From sequence record MG250483.1: a stretch of 24,000 bases of DNA; one strand, given 5' to 3'. The stretch is from Aeromonas phage Ah1. A program made the translations under genes and the position numbers. Positions 1 to 7,994 of the stretch are shown one piece after another. Every line of letters starts with the position of its first letter. Position 1 is the first letter of the stretch. Under the pieces are notes generated by a model, which saw only the letters and a list, made by a program, of their open reading frames with translations, was not told where the DNA came from and did not search any database.

Positions 1-2199
1 TTATTTTGCGACTTCTACGATGTTTTTAGCGATTGCATCTTTCAGGTCATAGATCTGATTGAGATACCCAATGATCAGAGGGTTATTCTTCTCAAATTCG
101 CGAACTTTCGCATAAGCGCGGTCAGTTGCTTCCTTAACGAGTTTGGATACAACTTCGTTAAGAGTACGTTGTTTGGCGTCTTTCAAGTCGGAACGAGAAT
201 CACGAACCAACAGCAGGAATTCACCGATATCGCTACGTTGACCATTATGACCACACAGATCGTCAGTCAGCGGCTTAGTGATTGGGTTAGATGCCAAACG
301 GTTGATCCAACGCTCATTCACAGTAACACCGAAGTGATCCATAGTGACTTTGCCCATCTGATCCACAACATAATCGGTAACCATGGACTCGTTAAACTGC
401 TCGATATTCTTGTTTTTATCTGCCCGTGCCCAGTGTTGGGACTTGAAGACATAAACAGTTTTACCTTCCAGTTTAGACCAAGTTTTAATGATTCGATCAT
501 TGAACGTGGTAACGGTTTTCCAGTTATCGTATTTTTCGCGAGTCTTGCCGTTTTTCAGAGTCTCGGTAGTGATCGTCGGAGTAGCAATCTTGAGGTAGCC
601 ATATTCATGGGCACACCAGATAACATCTTTCAGATCATCGATATCTTCGACATACATCTGGACTTCGGATGTAACGCCGTTCTCGTATTTTACAACGTTA
701 GTTGCCTTACCGGTACGCTTCTTAGGCTGAATAAAGCCTTTGTCCTTCATTTCTTTCAGAACTTCCGCACGTACTTTAGACAACAGAATGACTTTACCGT
801 CTTTCATCCGAGTTGGGAAATATTTCAGGTATTCGACCATGTTTTCGCGATTCGCTTTTCCAACGGTAATGCTTTTCGGATCTTTCTCGTCAACCTTTGC
901 GTTGGAGAATACATCAAAAACGAATGCTCCTTCAACTCGGAATTTGTTCAGACGATCAAGTCCGTACATAACTTCGGCAGCACCGGTTTTTAGATCGTTG
1001 ATAATCACCGGGCGGAAACTTGAGCCAAAGCTAATATCTACGCCGTTTGACCAACGCTGTTTAACCTTACGAACAGTACCAGCACCAACACTCGCACGAA
1101 CGATAGGAACATCTGTATGCGGACGAGTATATGAACTCAGTTGTGCTTTCCACTGCTCGATAGTTTTCTTGCGGAACACACGCTTTTGAATCATACGTTG
1201 CCATACTTCGGCAGGGAATCTGCCCATCATATGCGAATGCAGCTCACGAATATCTTTGCATTTTTTGAATGCGTCGTCAATCTCTACTTCGTGAACTTTG
1301 TTCAAAAGTTTCATCCGCTTATCGATTGACGCGATGGTGTCCGGATCCAATGACAGTTCTTCACGGCTCGGAGTCATATCCAGTTCGCCAATTTCAAAGC
1401 GAACATAATAAGTCTTACGAGCGGCATACAACCCAATCATGGTGTTGTTCCAGTATTCAGCCGGAATCGGATACACTACACCACCCATAACAGCGAATAC
1501 GCCGTTGCCGTGCTGTGAGTAGTAATTTCCGTCAATCTTGCAAATACCGTCTTTGTCAAACTCAAGGTAGTTTACCGTGATCGGCTTGCCAATGAAACGA
1601 GGACGATACTCACCAAACGAACAGAATACGCGCTTGGCTTCTGCTTCCCAAGTATTCATGTCGTTAGACACGGGAACAGTAACTTCAACGCCAGTGTGTT
1701 CGGAAGAATCTTCCTCATACATTTTCATGATATTCGGTTCGCCGTTTTTCATGAATGCACTGAAAATCATTTTCTTGCCACCGAACCAAGAAGTAACGGT
1801 GAAAGTATCAGTGTATGCAAACGGAGATTTACATCCCAAGCCGAAACCACCAATTTCATCGTTACTGTTGGACTTGGTACTTGCAAAGTAAGTGCAGTAA
1901 AGTCCGGTAACATCTTCCTCACTCAGACCAATACCGTAATCACGGACGCTGAATTGTTGATTCAACATGCTCGGAAGAGTAACGTCGAAAGTCTTACTAA
2001 CTTCTACGCCAGTTCGTTTCAGAGCGATGTGGCCATCTACGGCGTTGCAACACAGTTCGCGAATGATCGCACGTTGCTTGTATTTGTACAAAGAGCTGGA
2101 CAGAATCTTGAATGCCTTTGCACTCGCCAGAATCTTAAAGCCAGAACTTTGATCTGCCGCGCTTCCGTAAATCTCGGTTTGTTCTTGATGAATTTTCAT
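1..2199 (-). CDS. rIIA: rIIA-like protein (GHKL-ATPase N-terminal domain)
   Basis: 732 aa ORF; N-terminal GHKL-type motifs (IIRELCCNAVDGH, VRDYGIGLS, STKSNSNDEIGGFGLGCKSPFAY); size close to T4 rIIA; ATG with upstream GAGAG; stop codon exactly at window position 1-3. Confidence 0.85.
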   Translation of the reverse strand: MKIHQEQTEIYGSAADQSSGFKILASAKAFKILSSSLYKYKQRAIIRELCCNAVDGHIALKRTGVEVSKTFDVTLPSMLNQQFSVRDYGIGLSEEDVTGLYCTYFASTKSNSNDEIGGFGLGCKSPFAYTDTFTVTSWFGGKKMIFSAFMKNGEPNIMKMYEEDSSEHTGVEVTVPVSNDMNTWEAEAKRVFCSFGEYRPRFIGKPITVNYLEFDKDGICKIDGNYYSQHGNGVFAVMGGVVYPIPAEYWNNTMIGLYAARKTYYVRFEIGELDMTPSREELSLDPDTIASIDKRMKLLNKVHEVEIDDAFKKCKDIRELHSHMMGRFPAEVWQRMIQKRVFRKKTIEQWKAQLSSYTRPHTDVPIVRASVGAGTVRKVKQRWSNGVDISFGSSFRPVIINDLKTGAAEVMYGLDRLNKFRVEGAFVFDVFSNAKVDEKDPKSITVGKANRENMVEYLKYFPTRMKDGKVILLSKVRAEVLKEMKDKGFIQPKKRTGKATNVVKYENGVTSEVQMYVEDIDDLKDVIWCAHEYGYLKIATPTITTETLKNGKTREKYDNWKTVTTFNDRIIKTWSKLEGKTVYVFKSQHWARADKNKNIEQFNESMVTDYVVDQMGKVTMDHFGVTVNERWINRLASNPITKPLTDDLCGHNGQRSDIGEFLLLVRDSRSDLKDAKQRTLNEVVSKLVKEATDRAYAKVREFEKNNPLIIGYLNQIYDLKDAIAKNIVEVAK

Positions 2200-2248
2200 T
2201 GTTTACTCTCATAGTTGGCATAATATATTCCTCACATAACATCAGAAA

Positions 2249-2266
2249 GTGGCTGATTTCAGCCAC
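2249..2266 (-). terminator. Hairpin terminator candidate downstream of the 95-aa ORF
   Basis: Perfect 7-bp stem on minus strand GTGGCTG-AAAT-CAGCCAC followed by TTTCTG, just after the stop at 2271; U tract is weak. Confidence 0.5.
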
Positions 2267-2270
2267 AGTT

Positions 2271-2558
2271 TTATTTGAACGCTGCGAAAGTTGCTTCGGC
2301 TTGTTTCTTGAAAACCCAGTCCAGAAATTCTGCCTCAGTTTTCAACTCACTCAACATAATGCCATCATAAGTGCTGTTGGCCCATCTGTCAAATGTTTTT
2401 TCGTGCTCGCTGATCTCAAACATGCCATCGCAAGCAACACGGAATCGAAACAGACCGTTTTTAGAAACTGGATAAAACTTATCCCACTTCCGGTCTTTAC
2501 CAATCTTTAGCCAAGCTTTCTTGCACCAGTGCTTATACTGTTTAGGTAGTTTTGTCAT
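2271..2558 (-). CDS. Hypothetical protein
   Basis: 95 aa ORF; ATG overlaps the stop of the upstream 103-aa ORF (TAATG arrangement). Confidence 0.6.
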   Translation of the reverse strand: MTKLPKQYKHWCKKAWLKIGKDRKWDKFYPVSKNGLFRFRVACDGMFEISEHEKTFDRWANSTYDGIMLSELKTEAEFLDWVFKKQAEATFAAFK

Positions 2559-2869
2559 TACAGATACTCGTCAAACCAACGCTCGCCCAGCTCTTCCAAA
2601 TCGACTTCGTAACCGAAGATCAAATTCAGATTCGCGGTTTTGTGGGTAATCTCGCTAGTCTCTTTCAGGGATTCGCGGAACTTCTTGACTTCTTTTTTCA
2701 CGGTATGCAGAACTTTGATTTCGTGTTCTTCACAATACACTTCCCATTCACCGAACTTTTCATCGATGAACTTGATAAACTTCTCACGGAGAAAAGTCAT
2801 CTTGCCGATTTTAATGCACGGGCTGATTTTCTTAGAGATATCGCCCAAATTCTTAGTCAGATTACCCAT
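2558..2869 (-). CDS. Hypothetical protein
   Basis: 103 aa charged ORF in the same operon; tight overlap with flanking ORFs. Confidence 0.6.
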   Translation of the reverse strand: MGNLTKNLGDISKKISPCIKIGKMTFLREKFIKFIDEKFGEWEVYCEEHEIKVLHTVKKEVKKFRESLKETSEITHKTANLNLIFGYEVDLEELGERWFDEYL

Positions 2870-3345
2870 TGTTGATTCAACACCTTTTTAGAAGCTTTAT
2901 TAGCCATACGACGGTTATTATAACGCTTGTCGCCCGTTACTTCAAGTCCAATCCACTTAGGAAGCGGGAGAATTTCTTCATTTTCGTGAGCAATCTCAAT
3001 CTCTGCAAGCTTAAACCCTTCATAGGGATAGCTCTGGAACTCGTCCATTTCGATCTTATGCTTACCATGCTGATAGACGCTACGTTGTTTTTTCAACACG
3101 CCACCAACCGGAGCACGACGTTTGGCAAACTCATAGATGAACTTGGGAATACGTGTTTCCAGTTCAATCTTACTCATACCTTTACCGAACTTCATATTCC
3201 AGAAGTAGCTAGAAATACCGTGGTGTTGCTTACGGAAACGCAGCTTACCGAGATAAAACTGCTCGATCTCTAACCGACGAATCGGTTCATCTTCGATTAC
3301 TACGTCCGGATTTAACAGATACTTACGTTCAATTTCAAGTAACAT
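2857..3345 (-). CDS. CYTH-domain protein (class IV adenylate cyclase / thiamine-triphosphatase superfamily)
   Basis: 162 aa; N-terminal LLEIERKYLL (ExExK motif), followed by KLRFRKQ, KIELETRIP, LKKQRSVY, KIEMDEF, KLAEIEIAHENEE, LEVTGDKRYNN, which is the alternating charged-strand pattern of CYTH tunnel enzymes. Confidence 0.75.
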   Translation of the reverse strand: MLLEIERKYLLNPDVVIEDEPIRRLEIEQFYLGKLRFRKQHHGISSYFWNMKFGKGMSKIELETRIPKFIYEFAKRRAPVGGVLKKQRSVYQHGKHKIEMDEFQSYPYEGFKLAEIEIAHENEEILPLPKWIGLEVTGDKRYNNRRMANKASKKVLNQQWVI

Positions 3346-3385
3346 ACGCTCTCCTTTTCAAAGCATGGAACGATTCTACACTTTG

Positions 3386-3408
3386 AAAAAGAGGGTGTCA
3401 ACCCTCTT
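3386..3408 (-). terminator. Rho-independent terminator overlapping the topoisomerase C-terminal ORF stop
   Basis: Minus strand AAGAGGGT-TGAC-ACCCTCTT-TTTC; the TGA in the loop is the stop codon (3398-3400); T run after the stem. Confidence 0.75.
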
Positions 3409-4030
3409 CCTCTTCAAAAACGATATCATCATCGAAACCAAGCCATTTCTTGCGCTTGTGTTCGTCGTCGCCAAATAGCATTTCCAACATTTCGGCAGTT
3501 TGATCGTCGATAACAACTTGTTCCAACACGAGATTTTCAATACATTGTTTGTATTCGCAATCATCGCCCTCAACAGTCAAAGAACCCAGTCCTTTGATGT
3601 GTCGATGTGTCCACTTGCCGTCGAACTTCTTGGCTCTAAACTCGTCGCGAGAATAGCTCCAATCAGTCTTCTTGCCGTTTGTGCTGATATACTCAGGAGT
3701 CCGAACAATGTAAATTCGTCCTTGATCGAACCAATGTGGCCAATACTTGTAGAAAAACGCAATAGCCAACATAGCGATAGAACCCTTACCGTCTTGATCC
3801 GCGTCTGTCATGATAGCAATTTCGCTATATGCGGGCGCTTCTTTCGAACGGAGTTCTACGTTGAGAATACCAAGTAGATCTGCAATCTCTTTGTTTTTCA
3901 ACACTTCATGATCAGGCAAATTCCATACGTTCAGCATCTTACCACGCAGGGGATACGAGCCTTGTGTTTCTTCGTTGCGGAATCGAGTGAACGGACCAAT
4001 AGCCGAATCACCTTCTGCAAGGAACAACAT
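3398..4030 (-). CDS. 60: DNA topoisomerase II large subunit, TOPRIM/C-terminal part (gp60-like plus the C-terminal part of gp39)
   Basis: LFLAEGDSA, GSYPLRGKMLN, IAIMTDADQDGKGS, IKGLGSL motifs of type II topoisomerase TOPRIM domain. The only ATG is directly before LFLAEGDSA; the frame is open upstream to 4102 and overlaps gene 39 in the -1 frame. Confidence 0.85.
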   Translation of the reverse strand: MLFLAEGDSAIGPFTRFRNEETQGSYPLRGKMLNVWNLPDHEVLKNKEIADLLGILNVELRSKEAPAYSEIAIMTDADQDGKGSIAMLAIAFFYKYWPHWFDQGRIYIVRTPEYISTNGKKTDWSYSRDEFRAKKFDGKWTHRHIKGLGSLTVEGDDCEYKQCIENLVLEQVVIDDQTAEMLEMLFGDDEHKRKKWLGFDDDIVFEEEEG

Positions 4031-4071
4031 AGTTTTAACTCTACCTAGACCAGCCGCTGCAACGTGTTTAG

Positions 4072-5238
4072 CTACGTTTGCTTTCTTTGCTTTCTTCTGG
4101 CTTTAGTTGCCGCGGCTTTATCTGCCGCTTCTTTCTTTGCCAGCGCAGACGCAATAATCGGGTCAATCACTTCTGGAGTTTTCAGAATCTTGCGAGCAAG
4201 AGCCTTATAATCCAAATTCATATGGTCACGAATCTGTGCCCATGGAGAACTCAGTCGCTCTTTTGTCTGACCGTCATACTTCGGCGCTACCAGATTACGA
4301 ATAAACAAGCCAATAAGCAAGCATTCTTTGATACGAGCCTTATTGATTTCGATCTTGTGCTGACGCTTGATCATCGGAATCAGTTCGTCGCTCAGAGAGT
4401 CCAACACGCCATAAACGTGATTACCACCCTGCTTTGTGTGAACACCGTTAACAAAGCTCAGTTGTCTGTATTCTTCGGAAGTCGCAAAGAACAAGCTAAC
4501 GTTTTCATCGTTGTGGCTTACAACATCACCAAATTGTGCAGCGAATTTGTTGAACTTACCTTCAACTTTCTTGCCGTTATACTTGAAAGTAATCTGCGGG
4601 AAGTTTACGGCAAGAGTCAACAGTCTGGACTGAATAACTTGCTCGAAATCTTCATCAAGCTGGAACACACCAAATCTGGTGAAATCAGGAACAAACGTTA
4701 CAGTCGTGCCCTTGAATTTACCTGCTTTAGTTGTGTAACTTACTTCATCCGCGTTGTTTGTGCAACGTACAGTTACGGTATTTGTGCCGTTACCGGTTTC
4801 ACCAACGAAACTATCAGAGAAAAAGTTAGTTAACGCGGATCCAACACCGTTTTTACCGATAGTCTTGCGATCTGCGGAGAAGTTAGAGCCAGCGCGAGCG
4901 CGAGTCCAAGCAGCAAGTGGCAACGGTACTTCAACACCTTCCGGAGTGACTACCATACCCTGAGGCAAACCACGACCGTTATCTTTCACTGATACCTGAT
5001 TGTCTTTAATAGACACTTCGATTTGATTGGCATGTTCGAAGTTAGTCCGAATTGCTTCATCCACACAGTTATCGATTACTTCATCCGTGATCTTGACTAG
5101 ACCTGGAATATAACCAATCGGAACAAACTTGCCATCCACAAGAACATCGTGAACCTCTAGGCTCGTACTCCCGATGTACATGTCCGTATTGATAAGGCAG
5201 TGTTCTTTGTCGGATAAAACTTTAAACTCTTGTGACAT
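4072..5238 (-). CDS. 39: DNA topoisomerase II large subunit, ATPase/transducer part (gp39-like N-terminal)
   Basis: 388 aa; MYIGS, DEVIDNCVDEAIR, VKDNGRGLP, GKNGVGSALTNFFS, FVNGVHTKQGGNHV motifs of GyrB/Topo II ATPase; ends abruptly in a basic tail before the TOPRIM domain; SD AAGAGG before ATG. Confidence 0.88.
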   Translation of the reverse strand: MSQEFKVLSDKEHCLINTDMYIGSTSLEVHDVLVDGKFVPIGYIPGLVKITDEVIDNCVDEAIRTNFEHANQIEVSIKDNQVSVKDNGRGLPQGMVVTPEGVEVPLPLAAWTRARAGSNFSADRKTIGKNGVGSALTNFFSDSFVGETGNGTNTVTVRCTNNADEVSYTTKAGKFKGTTVTFVPDFTRFGVFQLDEDFEQVIQSRLLTLAVNFPQITFKYNGKKVEGKFNKFAAQFGDVVSHNDENVSLFFATSEEYRQLSFVNGVHTKQGGNHVYGVLDSLSDELIPMIKRQHKIEINKARIKECLLIGLFIRNLVAPKYDGQTKERLSSPWAQIRDHMNLDYKALARKILKTPEVIDPIIASALAKKEAADKAAATKARRKQRKQT

Positions 5239-5273
5239 TTATACCTCTTATATGTGGAGCACTTAGACTCCAC

Positions 5274-5301
5274 ATTATACACAAAAAATCGATTAGGTAA
5301 A
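5274..5301 (-). promoter_or_regulatory. Candidate sigma70-type promoter for the topoisomerase genes
   Basis: Minus strand -35 TTTACC (5296-5301), 16-nt spacer, perfect -10 TATAAT (5274-5279), 36 nt upstream of the gene 39 ATG. Confidence 0.5.
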
Positions 5302-5303
5302 CG

Positions 5304-5803
5304 TTAGATTACCTGTTTCTTCCACTTTTCGCTTTTGCTGATAATAGCATTAACGATCATTTCACGCGCTTTGTCGGCAACAAGTGCTTCATCTACCTTG
5401 GTACCTAGTTCTTTTGAAAGTCGCTCGTACAACTCAACGTAAACAAGGTCGACGCCGCTGATAATCAGATCTGCGATCTCACAATGCAGTGGCTCTGGGT
5501 GTTGCTTATGTGGCTTGTTAATCACGGTAGCCGCTTCACCAAGCTCTTCCGTACACTTGCCCAGTACATAGTGTTGGCTACGTTGTACATCTGCAATCTG
5601 AGACGTTTCCAACACTTTGGCGATGGGGTCAACTGACTTGAGATTTTGAGCGGCATTCCAGCCATTACCCAAGTATTCCAGCAGCCACCGCGAACAATGA
5701 AACGCTGTTCTTCGTTCAGATTTTCCCAGTTGTATGCTTTCTGAAATTCTCGCTCACAATCGATGCGATTCACAGGAGCAAGACGAACATCAAGTGGAAA
5801 CAT
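5304..5803 (-). CDS. MazG-like nucleotide pyrophosphohydrolase, split into two -1-offset ORFs (5522-5803 and 5304-5672)
   Basis: Downstream ORF has MazG-like LGKCTEELGEAATVINK and LHCEIADLIISGVDL. Upstream ORF starts at an ATG with SD AAGGG and reads EREFQKAYNWENLNEEQRFIVR; continuing in the -1 frame gives RWLLEYLGNGWNAAQNLKSVDP. The downstream ORF alone would need a TTG start. Confidence 0.55.
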
Positions 5804-5805
5804 TT

Positions 5806-6009
5806 TTAACCCTTAATAAAAGCGTATGCACGTTTGTAGCTGGCAATGATACCGTCTACCCGAGATTCGATATCGATATCAGACGGAACACGCAGATCCA
5901 TGATCGCACGGAAGATAACTTCGCGTGAACTTTCGATCAGGTTGTACACAGTGCGATCCAGAGTGTCGATTTGTTTTTGTTCGAACTCAGTAAAAATTCT
6001 TTCTTCCAT
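5806..6009 (-). CDS. Hypothetical protein
   Basis: 67 aa ORF, operon-like spacing. Confidence 0.55.
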   Translation of the reverse strand: MEERIFTEFEQKQIDTLDRTVYNLIESSREVIFRAIMDLRVPSDIDIESRVDGIIASYKRAYAFIKG

Positions 6010-6191
6010 TACAGTTCCTCGTTGTATTCAGTATATTCGGTGCCAGCGTCAGTAACGATTCGTTCTGCCAACGCTTTGCCGTCTTTGTCGTAAATTACAG
6101 TGGTCATTTCGCCGAAGTCATACGAAGTATGCTCAAATGCGCCTTCGACGGTAGCCAGGATTTCATTATAACGTACTTCGTTGATTTTCAT
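6009..6191 (-). CDS. Hypothetical protein (start revised from the track's 6257 to the ATG at 6191)
   Basis: Internal ATG MKINEVRYNE... is preceded by AAGAGG on the minus strand; gives 60 aa without overlapping the dexA-like ORF. Confidence 0.6.
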   Translation of the reverse strand: MKINEVRYNEILATVEGAFEHTSYDFGEMTTVIYDKDGKALAERIVTDAGTEYTEYNEEL

Positions 6192-6193
6192 CT

Positions 6194-6874
6194 TTAGCCT
6201 CTTAAAATAGAATGTGGGTCTACATTGTCGCCAGTTGGCATTTCTTCTAGTCCCCAAGCATAACGCTTAGAGTAGATAAGCATAAGAACATCTTTTGCGG
6301 CGTCATGAATACTATCATGCTTCACGAATCCGTCAAGTGTTCCTTTCGGAAGTGGGCAAATAGTTTGCATTCTGGAGCACAAGTTTTGTTCAATTGCTGT
6401 TCTAATATCGCGTTGGCGAGAGAAGTTAACAGGTTGTTCAAAAATTGTATCATCTTGTTCAAGATACTCGGAAAGCATATCCTCGAATATCGTAAAGTCA
6501 AAGCTATTACCACGGCACCACGCGAGTGATTTCCAGTAGTCAACTTTGAAACCAGGACGTCTGATATAGTCAAAGAACTTTTCCATGCCGACGTTGATAT
6601 TAACATCATCCAAACTGGGTTTCAAGTTCTTTTTAGCATCTGGACTCTGATTCTTCCACCACTCGATTGTGGATTTCATTTTATGTCGATTTGACTGGGA
6701 TTTCAAGTCAAATTTGATCTTGATGCCACGGGACACAAGTTCTTGAAAGCTGGGAGGATTCTGAATATCCTCCCGATAAACGATAGCAGCTAGATCAATA
6801 ACTGTTGCGTTTGCTTTGTTGCTAAATGTCTCCATGTCGATGATATAATCATCGTACTCTGGAACTTGAATCAT
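6194..6874 (-). CDS. dexA: DexA-like 3'-5' exonuclease
   Basis: 226 aa; DEDD-type pattern: IIDMETFS near the N terminus, WCRGNSFDFTIFEDML, HDSIHDAAKDVLML; size as T4 DexA. Confidence 0.8.
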   Translation of the reverse strand: MIQVPEYDDYIIDMETFSNKANATVIDLAAIVYREDIQNPPSFQELVSRGIKIKFDLKSQSNRHKMKSTIEWWKNQSPDAKKNLKPSLDDVNINVGMEKFFDYIRRPGFKVDYWKSLAWCRGNSFDFTIFEDMLSEYLEQDDTIFEQPVNFSRQRDIRTAIEQNLCSRMQTICPLPKGTLDGFVKHDSIHDAAKDVLMLIYSKRYAWGLEEMPTGDNVDPHSILRG

Positions 6875-7356
6875 TTAACGCCAGAACTCCCGAATCCAGA
6901 TTCGCCGCGTTCGGTGTTACGTGAAAATTCAGAAACTTCTTTTAGCTCGAATCCCTTAACATACAGATGAAATACCATCTGCACAACACGATCACCCGGC
7001 ACGATAGCCAGATCGTCAGTTCCTTCGTTACGCAGCTTGATCATGATCTCGCCGTGATAGTCAGAGTCGATAACACCAGCGGTATTAGCGAGACGGACAT
7101 AATGCTTGAATCCCAGACCGGAGCGCGGCAGAATGCAGCCATAAACACCGATATCGAGAAACACATTTGCGAGTTGCAGAGCACCAATATCCATTTTCAG
7201 GCCAGACGGAATCACAATATCTTCGCCCGGTTTCAGAACTACAGTTTCACCGATAGCGGCTCGCAGATCGATACCAGCGGCTTCGGCAGATTTGAAAGCG
7301 GGCAGTTCCCACTCAGGCAGATAATGAGGCAGTCGGATTACAGGAATAACATTCAT
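6871..7356 (-). CDS. dut: dUTPase
   Basis: 161 aa; AAGIDLRA, LPRSGLGFKH, NTAGVIDSDYHGEIMIKLRN, GDRVVQMVF, RGESGFGSSG, the classic trimeric dUTPase motifs. Confidence 0.95.
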   Translation of the reverse strand: MNVIPVIRLPHYLPEWELPAFKSAEAAGIDLRAAIGETVVLKPGEDIVIPSGLKMDIGALQLANVFLDIGVYGCILPRSGLGFKHYVRLANTAGVIDSDYHGEIMIKLRNEGTDDLAIVPGDRVVQMVFHLYVKGFELKEVSEFSRNTERGESGFGSSGVK

Positions 7357-7994
7357 TCAGATTTTTCTCCATTTGCACTTATCTAAGTGTCTTCGTTTTA
7401 AGTTTTTATATTCGCCAACTTTATTACAATGTGGACATGTAACTACGTCAGACGGTTTGAATCCATTGCAATTTTTATGACAACGATTTATTACAATCCA
7501 TGACAACTCTTGTCTACAAACAATACAACAAGCCTTTGACTTCGGAACACCTTTTGTTGATTCCGATATCTTTTTTCTTTCCCAGTCAGCTCGAACTCTC
7601 CCGGTGACAGATTCGGCATGTTTTCTTATTTGTTCTGGTGTTTTTTGTGCGTCTTCCAATATCTTGGATTATTCTCGGATATCAGACGTTTGGTGTCATC
7701 GGAGTGATTTCTTCCACCGACACCACCTCTACATTTATTGTAGTAACGTGACGACTGGATTATTTCATCCGTAATAAGTTCGTTTTCTTTTTTGAACATG
7801 TCATCACGATTATTATATTCAAATAAAATCTCTTTTGTAAAGTTATTTTTCCCTAATTTCTTTAAATCTTTTTTAATTTCCACACCGGAACCCATATACC
7901 CGTCATCAATGTTATTGGTAGAATGAACCCCGATGTATTTTCTTCCGTCTATTTTATTTGTTATGCAATAGACTATGTTGAACTTTTTCTCCAC
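7357..7994 (-). pseudogene. GIY-YIG homing endonuclease, split into two ORFs (7626-7994 and 7357-7659) by a -1 offset
   Basis: N-terminal ORF: IVYCITNKIDGRKYIGVHS (GIY-YIG) and NHSDDTKRLISE (NUMOD3-like). C-terminal ORF in the -1 frame: ERKKISESTKG and VTCPHCNKVGEYKNLKRRHLDKCKW. Inserting one A in the A6 run (7641-7646) joins them. Confidence 0.75.

Noticed and set aside
169-993. Long plus-strand ORF (274 aa) opposite rIIA
   Set aside because: Fully antisense to a well-supported gene; composition looks like a complement artefact, with no recognisable motifs.
4078-4833. Plus-strand ORF (251 aa) opposite gene 39
   Set aside because: Antisense shadow of a conserved ATPase domain, no supporting SD or motifs.
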